A DNA stretch of 62,694 nt from Gammaproteobacteria bacterium (GCA_029882995.1 JAOUJV010000005.1:1-62694); one strand, 5' to 3'; shown: positions 1 to 10,618, numbered from the stretch's first letter. Made by a program: numbers and translations. Notes: generated from the letters alone by a model not told the origin.

Positions 1-2185
1 TCAGTCTGTTGAGAGCGGCTGTCGCCCTTCCGGCATCACCGGTTTTTTGTAATGGTGTGGCACGACGCACCAGCGGATCAGATGAATAAGCCGATACATC
101 GGAAATACGTATCAGCGCACTGTTTTCTGAAACCTGTTCAGTAACAAATTTATCCATTGCATTGGCCGGTGTTACATCGCCAATTTCATTACGCGCCTGT
201 TCAAGTACTTCTTCAGAAGACACATACTCAAAACCATCCACTTCAAGCAGGTTGCCTAACACGCGCAATACTTTCCAGCCCGGTCTTGCTTCTGCATAAG
301 GTTCAACACTGCCAGCAAAACTCTGCCATTGTCCTTCCGCATTCACAAACGTGCCTGAAGTCTCACCGAATGTACCAATCGGTAACAGCACATGTGCATA
401 CTCACGCATGGTGTCAGTAATATAAGGTGTCATTGAAACAACAAAATCAGCTCGCTCCAATGCACGTAACGCCAAATCAGAATCCGCGCAATCCAGTTCC
501 GGTTCCAGACCCATTAATACATAGGCATGACGCGGATCGACAAACATATTGTGTATGTTCATCCCGCTGGAACCATTGGTTTTTGCACCCACACTGCGGT
601 GTGGTGTGATACCGGCAAGACAGGCACCGGCGCTATTCGCACCTTCTGTCAGATAACCCAGTTTGGCATTTGCCAAACGTGCCGCTTCGGTTGCCAGTGC
701 ACGCAGGGTGGCAAACTGAGGATGCATCATTGCCTGCAAGCCCAGAATAACCGTTGCATTTTCGGCGCTGACAAGATGTTCGGCGATAGCACGATGTGTG
801 TCTGTGACTTCAACACCGGCTGTTAATTGTTTGATACTGCTGTCCGGATAGTTTCCGGTTTTTTCGGTCAGTGCTTCAATCACGGTTGCCAACGCAATGA
901 TCATGCCGGAAGGACTGGCAATAATTGTTTGTTCCACATCAAAATGCATGGCGTAGTCAGCCTGATTGATCAGCATTACCTTGCCGCCGTTCATGGAGGC
1001 CTTGCGTAAACGATGTGCGGCAATCGGTTGTTCCTTACGTACATTGGAACCGATCAATAACGCGGCATTGGTTGTTTCCAGTGAATCAATGGATTGCCCT
1101 AACCATGGGAAAGCCGGTGCATTGTCCTGATCAGAAAAATCAATCTGACGCAGACGATGATCAATATTGTGGCAATCAACCGCACGTGCCAGTTTTTGTA
1201 ACAGGTAAAGTTCTTCCAGCGTGCTTGAAGGTGATGCCAGCACACCCAGATTTTCACCGCCACGTTTAACAGCATTCTGGATACCACTTGCCGCCGCTTC
1301 CAGCGCTGTGTTCCAGTCAGTTTCATGCAGTACACCGTCTTTGCGGATCATGGGGGTCTTTAACCGGTCTTCACTGTAAATACCGGTGTAACTGAATCGG
1401 TCACGATCCGAAATCCAGACTTCATTAATCGCTTCATTTTCTCTTGGCACAACACGCATGACCTTCGCGTCGCGTGTATGTACATGCAGATGTACGTTGG
1501 AACCAATACAGTCATGCGGTGCAACGCTATTGGTTTGCATCATTTCCCATGAACGCGCACCGAAGCGGAATGGTTTGGATGTCAGTGCGCCCACCGGACA
1601 CAGGTCAATCACATTACCTGACATTTCCGAATCGACACTCTTTTCAATATAAGTACCAATCACTGTGTGTTCACCGCGACCGGTGGCACCCATTTCACGA
1701 ATACCGGCAATCTCCTGACCAAAACGAACACAGCGTGTGCAATGAATACAACGTGTCATTTCCGTTGCAATCAACGGACCTAAATCCTTGTCCTGAACAA
1801 CGCGCTTGGTTTCACGGTAATTTGATTCGCTGTTGCCGTAACCCATCGCGATATCCTGCAATTCACATTCACCGCCCTGATCACAAATCGGGCAATCCAG
1901 CGGATGGTTAATTAACAGGAACTCCATGACATTCTTTTGTGCTGCGATGGCCTTGGGCGAACGCGTAAACACTTTCATGCCGTCCGTCACCGGTGTGGCA
2001 CAGGCAGGCAATGGTTTCGGTGCCTTTTCTACTTCAACCAGACACATGCGGCAGTTGGCCGCGATAGATAATTTATTGTGGTAACAGAAACGCGGAATGG
2101 TAATCCCAGCCTGATCAGCGGCCTCGATAACCATACGGCCCGCTTCGACTTCAATACTTTTTCCGTTTATCTCAATTGTTGCCAT
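1..2185 (-). CDS. nuoG: NADH-quinone oxidoreductase subunit G (3' end runs off the window)
   Basis: Not in the ORF track. The reverse strand from ATG at 2185 reads MATIEINGK...IPRFCYH...AANCRMCLVEVEK...PACATP...NHPLDCPICDQGGECELQD, the NuoG Fe-S motifs. Follows nuoF. Confidence 0.97.
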   Translation of the reverse strand, partial: MATIEINGKSIEVEAGRMVIEAADQAGITIPRFCYHNKLSIAANCRMCLVEVEKAPKPLPACATPVTDGMKVFTRSPKAIAAQKNVMEFLLINHPLDCPICDQGGECELQDIAMGYGNSESNYRETKRVVQDKDLGPLIATEMTRCIHCTRCVRFGQEIAGIREMGATGRGEHTVIGTYIEKSVDSEMSGNVIDLCPVGALTSKPFRFGARSWEMMQTNSVAPHDCIGSNVHLHVHTRDAKVMRVVPRENEAINEVWISDRDRFSYTGIYSEDRLKTPMIRKDGVLHETDWNTALEAAASGIQNAVKRGGENLGVLASPSSTLEELYLLQKLARAVDCHNIDHRLRQIDFSDQDNAPAFPWLGQSIDSLETTNAALLIGSNVRKEQPIAAHRLRKASMNGGKVMLINQADYAMHFDVEQTIIASPSGMIIALATVIEALTEKTGNYPDSSIKQLTAGVEVTDTHRAIAEHLVSAENATVILGLQAMMHPQFATLRALATEAARLANAKLGYLTEGANSAGACLAGITPHRSVGAKTNGSSGMNIHNMFVDPRHAYVLMGLEPELDCADSDLALRALERADFVVSMTPYITDTMREYAHVLLPIGTFGETSGTFVNAEGQWQSFAGSVEPYAEARPGWKVLRVLGNLLEVDGFEYVSSEEVLEQARNEIGDVTPANAMDKFVTEQVSENSALIRISDVSAYSSDPLVRRATPLQKTGDAGRATAALNRL

Positions 2186-2186
2186 T

Positions 2187-3461
2187 TCAGGTATTACCTA
2201 CCATGCATTTCTTGTGTTCAATGTGATATTCAAATTCGTGACGATAATGTTTCAGGAATGCCTGCACCGGCATCGCTGCGGCATCTCCCAATGCACAAAT
2301 CGTGTGGCCGCCAATTTGCCCTGCCACCTTGTCCAGTAGATCCAGATCTTCAGGACGACCTTCACCGTGTTCAATGCGATGCACCACCTTGGCCAGCCAG
2401 CCAGTGCCTTCACGACAAGGCGTACATTGTCCGCAGGACTCTTCATAATAAAAGTGTGACAAACGTGCGAGCGCCTTCACCATACAAACGGTTTCATCCA
2501 TCACAATCACCGAACCGGCACCCAGCATCGAACCCGCCTTGGCAATGGAGTCATAATCCATATCCACTTCCATCATTTGATCACCGGGAATGACTGGCAC
2601 TGATGAACCACCGGGGATCACGGCTTTCAGTTGATGTCCGTCACGTACACCACCTGCCATTTCAAGCAGTTTTGCAAATGGTGTACCGAGTGACACTTCA
2701 AAGTTGCCCGGATTGTTTACATGTCCGGACACAGAAAATATTTTGGTGCCACCATTGTTCGGTCTGCCCAGATCCTGAAACCACTGACCGCCATTACGTA
2801 AAATGGCCGGCACGGATGCCAGACTTTCTGTGTTATTGATCGTGGTAGGACGACCATACAAACCATAACCGGCCGGGAACGGCGGCTTGAAACGCGGCTG
2901 TCCTTTTTTACCTTCAATAGATTCAAGCAATGCGGTTTCTTCACCGCAGATATAGGCGCCTGCACCCAGATGTGTGAACACATCAAAATCAATACCGGAA
3001 CCCATGATGTTCTTGCCTAACAAACCGGCATTGCGCGCTTCTTCAATAGCCGCTTCAAAACGTTCGTAAGGTTCCCAGAATTCACCGCGAATATAGTTGT
3101 AGCCTGCTGTTGCACCAATGGTGTAACCGGCAATCGCCATACCTTCAATTAATGCATGCGGGTTGTAACGCAGAATATCGCGATCCTTGCAGGTGCCGGG
3201 CTCGCCTTCATCCGAATTACACACAATGTATTTTTGACCCGGCGCGGTACGCGGCATGAAACTCCACTTGAGTCCTGTCGGGAAACCGGCACCACCACGT
3301 CCACGCAAACCGGAAGCCTTCATCTCTGCGATAATATCTTCAGCTGATGTCTTCTCGATAATAATTTTACGCCACGCCTCATAGCCTCCCGCGCTCTGGT
3401 AAGTATCCAGCAGCCAGGGCTTGTCGAGATGCAGTGTGCTAAAACAGTTTTCGTTTGCCAT
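2187..3461 (-). CDS. nuoF: NADH-quinone oxidoreductase subunit F
   Basis: [30 protein letters not shown] and [12 protein letters not shown] motifs. Confidence 0.98.
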   Translation of the reverse strand: MANENCFSTLHLDKPWLLDTYQSAGGYEAWRKIIIEKTSAEDIIAEMKASGLRGRGGAGFPTGLKWSFMPRTAPGQKYIVCNSDEGEPGTCKDRDILRYNPHALIEGMAIAGYTIGATAGYNYIRGEFWEPYERFEAAIEEARNAGLLGKNIMGSGIDFDVFTHLGAGAYICGEETALLESIEGKKGQPRFKPPFPAGYGLYGRPTTINNTESLASVPAILRNGGQWFQDLGRPNNGGTKIFSVSGHVNNPGNFEVSLGTPFAKLLEMAGGVRDGHQLKAVIPGGSSVPVIPGDQMMEVDMDYDSIAKAGSMLGAGSVIVMDETVCMVKALARLSHFYYEESCGQCTPCREGTGWLAKVVHRIEHGEGRPEDLDLLDKVAGQIGGHTICALGDAAAMPVQAFLKHYRHEFEYHIEHKKCMVGNT

Positions 3462-3479
3462 GGTTATAATTCGTTTTAT

Positions 3480-3980
3480 TTAATCCAGACTGTCGAGTAA
3501 TTCATCAATCTTTTCCGGTGTCATTTTGGCGTGATAATCCTTGCCCACCTGCAGTACCGGCGCATCAACACAGGCACCGAGACATTCCACTTCTTTCAAT
3601 GTGAACTTGCCGTCTTTTGTGGTTTCACCCAGTTTGATACCCAGCTTGTTTTCCAGATGTCCGACGACCTTTTCACTGTCACACAACATGCATGAAATAT
3701 TGGTGCACACACAAATCTTGTGACGACCAACCGGTTTCAATTCATACATGGAATAAAAACTGGCAACTTCATAAACAGCGATTTCCGGCATATCCAGATA
3801 ATCTGCAATCGCATCCATCATGCCGGTCGTTAACCAGCCATTATTGGCATCCTGCGCAATATGCAGTGCCGCCATAACAGCAGACTGCTTCTGACCTTCC
3901 GGATACTTGACGACCCACTTATCGATCTCTTCCTTTACATCCGGAGCCAATAAATCACTTTTTCTGTTCGTGCTTTCCAT
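3480..3980 (-). CDS. nuoE: NADH-quinone oxidoreductase subunit E
   Basis: CTNISC...ECLGAC 2Fe-2S motif; operon position. Confidence 0.97.
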   Translation of the reverse strand: MESTNRKSDLLAPDVKEEIDKWVVKYPEGQKQSAVMAALHIAQDANNGWLTTGMMDAIADYLDMPEIAVYEVASFYSMYELKPVGRHKICVCTNISCMLCDSEKVVGHLENKLGIKLGETTKDGKFTLKEVECLGACVDAPVLQVGKDYHAKMTPEKIDELLDSLD

Positions 3981-5233
3981 TAACGATCAATCTCACCAAA
4001 TACAATATCCATTGTTCCGATAACAGCCACCACGTCTGCCAGCATATGCCCGCGCACCATTTCATCCATCGCGGAGATATGCGCAAAACCGGGTGCTCTC
4101 ATTTTCACTCTGTAAGGTTTGTTTGCACCATCTGAAACCAGATACACGCCGAACTCCCCTTTTGGTGCTTCAACGGAAGCGTATACTTCACCTTCCGGGA
4201 CACAATAACCTTCTGTAAACAATTTGAAGTGGTGGATCAATGCTTCCATGTCGCCTTTCATGTCGAGACGTTTTGGCGGTGCCACTTTATGATCTTGTGT
4301 AATGACCGGCCCCGGATTATTACGCAACCATTCCACACACTGTTTGATAATGTGATTCGACTGACGTAACTCTTCCATGCGCACCAGATAACGATCATAA
4401 CAATCACCTGTCACACCCACCGGAATATCAAAAAACAGTTCGTCGTAAACCGCATAAGGCTGTTTCTTGCGAATATCCCATTCAACACCGGAACCGCGCA
4501 GCATCGGACCTGAAAAACCCAGTTGCTGTGCACGTTCGGGAGACACCACACCAATACCCACGGTACGCTGTTTCCAGATACGGTTATCGGTTAACAGTGT
4601 TTCGTATTCGTCCACCATTTTCGGGAAACGCCTGGTGAAGTCTTCAATAAAATCAAGCAATGAACCCTGACGGGCTTCATTCATACGATCCACGTCTTTT
4701 TTCTTGTGCCACTTGCTGACTTCGTACTGCGGCATGGTGCCGGGCAGATCACGATAGACACCACCGGGGCGATAATACGTTGCGTGCATACGCGTGCCGG
4801 AAACGGCTTCGTAGCAATCCATTAAATCTTCACGTTCGCGGAAACAATACAGGAACATGGTCATCGCACCGATATCAAGACCGTGCGTTCCCAACCACAT
4901 CAGGTGATTCAGGATGCGTGTAATCTCATCAAACATCACACGGATATACTGTGCGCGTCTTGGCACTTCGATACCGAGCAGTTTTTCAATCGCCATGACA
5001 TAGGCGTGTTCATTACACATCATGGAAACATAATCGAGGCGATCCATATAACCGATGCTCTGGTTAAACGGTTTTGTTTCAGCCAGCTTTTCCGTACCAC
5101 GATGCAGTAAACCAACATGTGGATCAGCGCGTTCGACAACCTCGCCGTCCATCTCAAGCACCAGACGCAATACACCGTGTGCCGCAGGGTGCTGTGGTCC
5201 AAAATTCATTGTGTAGTTACGAATTTCCGCCAT
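3980..5233 (-). CDS. nuoD: NADH-quinone oxidoreductase subunit D
   Basis: [23 protein letters not shown]-terminal DIVFGEIDR. Confidence 0.98.
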   Translation of the reverse strand: MAEIRNYTMNFGPQHPAAHGVLRLVLEMDGEVVERADPHVGLLHRGTEKLAETKPFNQSIGYMDRLDYVSMMCNEHAYVMAIEKLLGIEVPRRAQYIRVMFDEITRILNHLMWLGTHGLDIGAMTMFLYCFREREDLMDCYEAVSGTRMHATYYRPGGVYRDLPGTMPQYEVSKWHKKKDVDRMNEARQGSLLDFIEDFTRRFPKMVDEYETLLTDNRIWKQRTVGIGVVSPERAQQLGFSGPMLRGSGVEWDIRKKQPYAVYDELFFDIPVGVTGDCYDRYLVRMEELRQSNHIIKQCVEWLRNNPGPVITQDHKVAPPKRLDMKGDMEALIHHFKLFTEGYCVPEGEVYASVEAPKGEFGVYLVSDGANKPYRVKMRAPGFAHISAMDEMVRGHMLADVVAVIGTMDIVFGEIDR

Positions 5234-5234
5234 C

Positions 5235-5939
5235 TCAGGATCCCTGTTGTTCTTCTTTCACTTCAGGCAACGATTCGCCGCCATAGCGATTGTCGTGACG
5301 AATCACGCGTGGTGTATTAATTCGGGGAGCAATACTGACGGGTTGATAGACAACACGTTTCTTGTCCGGGTCATAACGCATTTCAACATGACCTGATAAC
5401 GGAAAATCCTTGCGCAGGGGATGACCGATAAAACCGTAATCCGTCAGGATACGTCTTAAATCCGGATGGCCTTCAAACATAATGCCAAACATGTCAAACG
5501 CTTCACGCTCAAACCAGTTGGCCGACGACCAGATATCAATCACTGAATCCACTTTCGGGAATTCACTGTCGGCAAAGGTGCGAACACGCAGACGCTGGTT
5601 TTTAGAGTGTGATAACAAATGATAAACAACAGCAAAACGCGGCTTCTCCCACGCTGTTGTTTTTTCTTCCACGACATCACGACCGCGACTGAAGCCGGTG
5701 CCGGTGGCACGCTCGGTTGTCCAGTCAACATTGCCGTAATCTGAATAATCCACGCCGCACACATCAACAAGCTGCTCAAAGGCAAAATCCTTTTCATCAC
5801 GCAGTGCGGTACAGGTTTCGATTAACTGTTCTGCCGGTACTTCCAGTGTGATCTGATCCTGCGCTGAATGCACTGCCTGACTATCAGGAAAACGTGCAAC
5901 CAGTTTTTCGCAAAGCGCAGATACAGCTTTTTTTGACAT
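5235..5939 (-). CDS. nuoC: NADH-quinone oxidoreductase subunit C
   Basis: [40 protein letters not shown]. Confidence 0.97.
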   Translation of the reverse strand: MSKKAVSALCEKLVARFPDSQAVHSAQDQITLEVPAEQLIETCTALRDEKDFAFEQLVDVCGVDYSDYGNVDWTTERATGTGFSRGRDVVEEKTTAWEKPRFAVVYHLLSHSKNQRLRVRTFADSEFPKVDSVIDIWSSANWFEREAFDMFGIMFEGHPDLRRILTDYGFIGHPLRKDFPLSGHVEMRYDPDKKRVVYQPVSIAPRINTPRVIRHDNRYGGESLPEVKEEQQGS

Positions 5940-5966
5940 TATTTATATAACCTTTCCCAAAACTGC

Positions 5967-6443
5967 CTAACGTGCAATCGTATTTGTACGTTTGATTTTT
6001 TTCTGTAACTGCAAAATGCCATACAACAACGCTTCCGCTGTAGGTGGGCATCCCGGCACATACACATCGACCGGCACAATGCGATCACAACCGCGCACGA
6101 CAGAATAAGAATAATGGTAATAACCACCGCCATTGGCACATGAACCCATGGAAATCACCCAACGTGGCTCTGCCATCTGGTCATACACCTTGCGCAATGC
6201 CGGTGCCATCTTGTTTACCAGTGTGCCTGCCACAATCATGACATCCGACTGACGTGGACTCGGGCGGAACAAAATACCGAAACGATCCAGATCATAACGC
6301 GCACCACCGGCCTGCATCATTTCCACCGCACAACAGGCAAGACCAAACGTCATTGGCCACATGGAACCGGTACGTGCCCAGTTGATCAACGCATCAACTG
6401 ACGTCGTCACAAAACCTTCGCGCATTACACCTTCTATTCCCAT
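5967..6443 (-). CDS. nuoB: NADH-quinone oxidoreductase subunit B (start set at MGIEG)
   Basis: [27 protein letters not shown] motifs. Confidence 0.97.
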   Translation of the reverse strand: MGIEGVMREGFVTTSVDALINWARTGSMWPMTFGLACCAVEMMQAGGARYDLDRFGILFRPSPRQSDVMIVAGTLVNKMAPALRKVYDQMAEPRWVISMGSCANGGGYYHYSYSVVRGCDRIVPVDVYVPGCPPTAEALLYGILQLQKKIKRTNTIAR

Positions 6444-6790
6444 TCCAGTGCCCCCTTCTTCCATTCATAAATGAAACCAATCACCAGAATGGCCAGAAAA
6501 ATAAACATCGCACCAAAACCGAACCAGCCGATCTCGTCGAGCACAATTGCCCACGGGAACAAAAATGCAATTTCCAGATCGAAAATAATAAACAGAATGG
6601 CCACGAGGTAATAACGCACGTCAAACTTCATGCGTGTATCTTCAAACGCCTCAAAACCACATTCATAAGGAGAGAGCTTCTCGCTATCAGGACGATGCGG
6701 ACTCAACACAAAACCCACTGTTAACAACACGGCGCCAAAGCCTAGCCCGACAAGCATAAATATCCAGATTGGTAGATACTCTTCGAGCAT
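6434..6790 (-). CDS. nuoA: NADH-quinone oxidoreductase subunit A
   Basis: [30 protein letters not shown]; three hydrophobic segments. Confidence 0.97.
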   Translation of the reverse strand: MLEEYLPIWIFMLVGLGFGAVLLTVGFVLSPHRPDSEKLSPYECGFEAFEDTRMKFDVRYYLVAILFIIFDLEIAFLFPWAIVLDEIGWFGFGAMFIFLAILVIGFIYEWKKGALEWE

Positions 6791-7221
6791 GCTGCAGTAT
6801 TCCCCCTGCTGACCTTATATATAAGGTCTGTTGTTCTCATTATTCAGTCGGATTTTCACTTGTAAACCGGTTTTAAAACCGATCCATAAGGTGGGTCAGT
6901 CTAGGCTAGTGGCTAAACATGTGTCAAGTCTGCTACACGACAGTAATGTTTTACAGAACAATCAGTTACAGGATTTTTAGGGGTATAAATAAATGGTATG
7001 TACTCATTGAAACGGCAAGAATAAGAAACCGGCAACGAACAAAAATAAAACAACCAAAACAAAAAAATGAAATCACTATAAAAATAAACAACCTACACCC
7101 ATAAACCAGAAAACACTTCAGGTTTTGGGTGAAATAATCAACAGGTTATGTGGGAGAGTTAAGGGAGTGATGAAGTTGGGGGATAAATTAATGGGTGAAT
7201 CTGTCTCAAATATTTGAATAT

Positions 7222-8202
7222 TTAAGTCTTATTTTGATATTCGGCATCTATCTCATTTGCGATTTGTAAGAAATGCTTGTGCTCATACCTCAGATATGAA
7301 AGATAGATTCGTGCATCTGATTCTTCCATAGTGTTCTCAGTGCCTGAAAAATAAGTATCTAGCCTGTCCAGTGCGTGAAAGTACTCTTTGAGATCGTACT
7401 CCGTATAATCGTTTAGTTCGTTCCTCTCTACTAGTGCTGCCTGAAATTTTTTGTATGTGTCCTTGACCAATCTAACATGACTGTAACCAAACTCGCGATC
7501 TCCGTAGGAATGGGCATGTATACCCTGAGCGATTTTTTCGAAGAAGTAACCCATTGCAGAATGAAAGATGTCCGCTAATGGGGTGTCTTTATATTTCTCT
7601 TTATGCATCTTATCTATCTCCTCAAGTCTTTCGACAATCTTCCGGTAGGCATCGATAATCCCGTCCAATTGATCTGAGCAGGCTCTTGCGATATCTACTC
7701 GTGTGAAAATATGATCCCGATCACCCGAACTCCTCATTAAATCGAATCCAGGCTTATTCATGGATATGCGAGAAATGTAATTGTAATAACGCTTCTTATT
7801 TTGGTCTTGCTTCGAAGGATGGCCTATAGATGCATTTCGGTAATTTCTAATCTCCCGCAAAGTCTCTGTAAGTTCATATGGTACTTCGAATGCCTCCGAC
7901 AAATGCCTTAGAGCATCTTGCATTAAAAATAGGGCTTGCAAAATACCATATGTATATATGTATTTCAGTCCAATATCTTCCGGGAACGGTGTGGTTTCAT
8001 AAGATTCAACAGCGCACAAAGAATCGCCAATTAGATCTAAAGAACTACATATTTGATTCCAAATCTTCGAGTCATCTAGCAGGACAGACTGGTATCGATG
8101 TGTATTGATGTGACATCGAACAGATTCAGAAAGCTTGATAATTTCCGCTACTTGAGTAGTGATGTTACGTTGAGGGTTCACTGTAATTGCATTAATAGAC
8201 AT
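7222..8202 (-). CDS. Hypothetical protein, probable integron cassette gene
   Basis: Long AT-rich ORF (track 7222..8223). ATG at 8202 lies within a GTTATGT core site. No family recognised. Confidence 0.7.
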   Translation of the reverse strand: MSINAITVNPQRNITTQVAEIIKLSESVRCHINTHRYQSVLLDDSKIWNQICSSLDLIGDSLCAVESYETTPFPEDIGLKYIYTYGILQALFLMQDALRHLSEAFEVPYELTETLREIRNYRNASIGHPSKQDQNKKRYYNYISRISMNKPGFDLMRSSGDRDHIFTRVDIARACSDQLDGIIDAYRKIVERLEEIDKMHKEKYKDTPLADIFHSAMGYFFEKIAQGIHAHSYGDREFGYSHVRLVKDTYKKFQAALVERNELNDYTEYDLKEYFHALDRLDTYFSGTENTMEESDARIYLSYLRYEHKHFLQIANEIDAEYQNKT

Positions 8203-8324
8203 AACGATTAAACTAACAAACACACCGTCTTATGGTGTGTCTTTGTTGAGATATTTGGGGGCAAAGTAAAAATGACAATACCCATGAATTTTTACTCTGT
8301 ACACAAAAAATACGTTTGTTATAT
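8199..8324 (-). mobile_element. attC-like site (long, ~126 bp)
   Basis: Minus strand: ATATAAC just after the stop of 8339..8737, internal hairpins, then GTTATGT (alternative right end GTTAGTT at 8211-8217). Confidence 0.55.
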
Positions 8325-8338
8325 GGTTTATATTGCAT

Positions 8339-8737
8339 TTATTTATCTGGTGTTATTTTGATTTTTATTGTTGCAGCACCGCCAACACCAAAACCCATAA
8401 ATTTACCATCAGCGCTAAAGCTAGCAGACAATTCTATTTCGCTTATAACGTATTCATCTGTCATAGTTGAAACAATTTCGTCGACTATTGAATCAATCTC
8501 TTTTCTAGCTTTTTTGAAACCACTTCTAAGTTTACTTGCAGGTACCAGTGTAGCCTCACTGTCTGGGATTAATAGGCCACTTTCAGTTGACGAATAACCA
8601 GCCGGTTTCTTTGGAACCTTCTTTTTTCTAGCTGCTGTTTTTTTCGTAACCTTCTTCGCTGTAGCTGACCTTCTACTAGCTCTACGACTAGCTATACCCT
8701 TCTTTTTACCCGCTCTTTTGGCTTTCTTTTTGCTCAT
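8339..8737 (-). CDS. Cassette protein: Lys/Arg-rich N-terminal tail plus small alpha/beta domain (Trypco/Pepco-like?)
   Basis: SKKKAKRAGKKKG...KKVPKK then ...SEIELSASFSADGKFMGFGVGGAATIKIKI; flanked by matching core and inverse-core sites. Confidence 0.7.
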   Translation of the reverse strand: MSKKKAKRAGKKKGIASRRASRRSATAKKVTKKTAARKKKVPKKPAGYSSTESGLLIPDSEATLVPASKLRSGFKKARKEIDSIVDEIVSTMTDEYVISEIELSASFSADGKFMGFGVGGAATIKIKITPDK

Positions 8738-8753
8738 TTGTTTGCCTTAAACC

Positions 8754-8821
8754 ATATAACGTTTAAGCTACGGGATGGGGCGGCGCAACGCACCACGCAC
8801 CACTCGAGCGAACTGTTATGT
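8754..8821 (-). mobile_element. attC site (68 bp)
   Basis: Minus strand ACATAAC-agttcgctcgag...gtagcttaaac-GTTATAT; GC-rich imperfect palindrome. Confidence 0.8.
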
Positions 8822-8834
8822 ATAACGACAACCA

Positions 8835-9104
8835 CTACTGCACACCGCCTTTAAATAATTCCTTAAATGGGCGGTAATGATGTAACACCTTAAGAATGCT
8901 TTCTGGCGATATTACTTCGCTTGTTATTATGCCACTGCCCATATTTTCGAAAATATTTACAGAACCGTCATCGTGCATGATACACATGGCATCTTCAATG
9001 ACTTCGAAGCAAGTGGAATCCTTTGCTTTATTCAATATCAACTCCATACCCTCGGCCACATCTAGTTTTTCGAGCTCTTTTGAAAGTTCTGCTGCCTTGC
9101 TCAT
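8835..9104 (-). CDS. Hypothetical cassette protein (89 aa)
   Basis: ORF between two attC-like sites. Confidence 0.65.
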   Translation of the reverse strand: MSKAAELSKELEKLDVAEGMELILNKAKDSTCFEVIEDAMCIMHDDGSVNIFENMGSGIITSEVISPESILKVLHHYRPFKELFKGGVQ

Positions 9105-9128
9105 AAATATACCTGTGTGTCTTTTATT

Positions 9129-9205
9129 GCATATCGTTATAGCTGTGTGACATAAACGAAGCGAAGCGCAGCGTAGTTTGCGACAGAACGGACGCCTTGT
9201 TAGAG
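9129..9205 (-). mobile_element. attC site, degenerate core (GAT instead of GTT)
   Basis: Minus strand CTCTAAC-aaggcgtcc...ataac-GATATGC; the upstream gene's stop lies in the inverse core. Confidence 0.65.
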
Positions 9206-9841
9206 CTTTGTTTTGCCATTACCTTGAAATTCTGCCAATGTTCTTACTCTACGGTACAAAGAAAGTAATATCTTTAATGTTTTAAGTGGGCTTCCTGATT
9301 TTTGGTGCATTTGCTCAATATCTTTTAGACCTAGTAGCTGCACCATCTTATTTGCAGAGCTCTGAATATAATCAGCATGTTGTTGCTCAAGTTCGATTTC
9401 TTTTCTCTTTGATTCTATTCTGAGCAGCTTCCTTTTAGACATTCCAACGTGGATTTCATGATAGACAGAATTAGCTTCTCTAATGCTGGTAGAGATTGCT
9501 TTAACAATTCTTTCCACTGCAACAGCGACCCCAATAATAAGTGTTAGCTCAATCCAGCCTGGTGATGCATATTGCATTGATAGGACTTGTGGTCGCTCTT
9601 TCTTCGGGGTGGTGTACTTCAGCTTGTTGTAGAAATTAACAGCACTATACCCGCCTTGCCAAGGAAAAGCTGAATATGCATATTGTATTTTTTCTTGAAT
9701 TCCTTCATCTTCATGAGGCAACAGAGAATAGATAAGAAAATATACCTGCTCATACGTATGCGGAAAAATGTACAAATCCTCAAGATTCCACTTTCCATCT
9801 ATATGAATTTTGTAATTCTCTTCTGTTAAGTCAATTCCCAT
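9200..9841 (-). CDS. Hypothetical cassette protein (213 aa)
   Basis: ORF with one hydrophobic segment and a coiled-coil-like tail; stop TAA lies inside CTCTAAC. Confidence 0.75.
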   Translation of the reverse strand: MGIDLTEENYKIHIDGKWNLEDLYIFPHTYEQVYFLIYSLLPHEDEGIQEKIQYAYSAFPWQGGYSAVNFYNKLKYTTPKKERPQVLSMQYASPGWIELTLIIGVAVAVERIVKAISTSIREANSVYHEIHVGMSKRKLLRIESKRKEIELEQQHADYIQSSANKMVQLLGLKDIEQMHQKSGSPLKTLKILLSLYRRVRTLAEFQGNGKTKL

Positions 9842-9860
9842 ATTGATTTTCTTTTTATAG

Positions 9861-9920
9861 CTCTAATGTTTAAGTTCAGCTGCGCCGCTATTTGGCCTCG
9901 GCTGGGACGCCTTGTTAGGC
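9861..9920 (-). mobile_element. attC site (60 bp), core mutated to ATTAGAG
   Basis: Minus strand GCCTAAC-aaggcgtccc...gctgaacttaaac-ATTAGAGC; the core is complementary to the next cassette's GCTCTAAC. Confidence 0.75.
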
Positions 9921-10372
9921 GTTTTATTACTAACCTTTGAAGTAATGCTATTATTTGAAGAAGTTGTTTCAGTTGGTGCAGTAACACCAACTACACCAAG
10001 TCCAGCTATTAGAACAATAACTCCAGCTAAGACGAATGAAACAATTGAACTCCACATAAAGCCTATGCTCCAGTGACAAATGCATGGCTCTTTTAATTTT
10101 TTTCCAAAAATGGTACAACATTCTAATTCTTTTCTGGCATACTCCAAAGAACATAGCCTTCGAAATCGGTTATGAATAACAGCACATACAAGTCCTATTT
10201 GAAAAGTAAAGACTGACCAAATAATTGCACGAGCAAGTGATTCAAGTTCAGGCTTTTGCAATACACCAGGTAGAAAAGCCAAAAGTGCTACTGCGCCGCC
10301 ACCATTAATAAGCAGAAGACCTTTTACAGTTTCAGAATCAATAGTTGCTCTAGTTTCTCTACCAGTGGCCAT
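9863..10372 (-). CDS. Hypothetical membrane protein, first cassette; reads through its attC
   Basis: Three hydrophobic segments (LINGGGAVALLAF...); the last ~20 codons are attC sequence. Confidence 0.75.
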   Translation of the reverse strand: MATGRETRATIDSETVKGLLLINGGGAVALLAFLPGVLQKPELESLARAIIWSVFTFQIGLVCAVIHNRFRRLCSLEYARKELECCTIFGKKLKEPCICHWSIGFMWSSIVSFVLAGVIVLIAGLGVVGVTAPTETTSSNNSITSKVSNKTPNKASQPRPNSGAAELKH

Positions 10373-10386
10373 TTCTTTTCCTTAAC

Positions 10387-10393
10387 GCCCAAC
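10387..10393 (-). mobile_element. Core site at the array start (attI-like junction)
   Basis: GTTGGGCGTT upstream of the first cassette nearly matches the reverse complement of its inverse core AACGCCTAAC; no attC palindrome upstream. Confidence 0.5.
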
Positions 10394-10586
10394 TATGTAA
10401 TTAAGAGATTTAAATGTCGTATGTCATCCCGAATTTATAGAAATGTCATGCATTAATCCCTATCGTTTTAATGGTCTATCTTACGTTTATGTATTAATAG
10501 TTCAAGGGGTGACACACCTGTTTAGTGCCTTTTTTTATTTGTTTTGATTTTCAGTGTGTTGAGGTTTTTTGTTATTGTGTTTTGTT

Positions 10587-10618
10587 ATGAGATTCCGGTC
10601 TTTAAGGCGGTATGACGT
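10587..10618. repeat. REP-like palindrome, copy 1 (degenerate)
   Basis: ATGAGATTCCGGTCTTTAAGGCGGTATGACGT resembles 11669-11699. Confidence 0.5.

Noticed and set aside
157-6241. Many plus-strand ORFs over the nuo operon (and similar antisense ORFs over ccm, ftsH, carAB and Rhs)
   Set aside because: They are shadows of well-conserved genes on the other strand or frame, with no motifs of their own.
6811-6828. Perfect 18-bp palindrome GACCTTATATATAAGGTC upstream of nuoA
   Set aside because: Single copy with an AT core and no recognisable operator; cannot assign a function.
6791-7221. Expected tRNA-Leu 3' duplication marking the far end of a tRNA-integrated island; ORF 6919..7104
   Set aside because: No copy of the tRNA 3' end found by eye; the ORF is low-complexity A-rich sequence.
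8199-9920. CRISPR array interpretation of the spaced palindromes
   Set aside because: Repeats are non-identical and separated by whole genes; no cas genes in the window.
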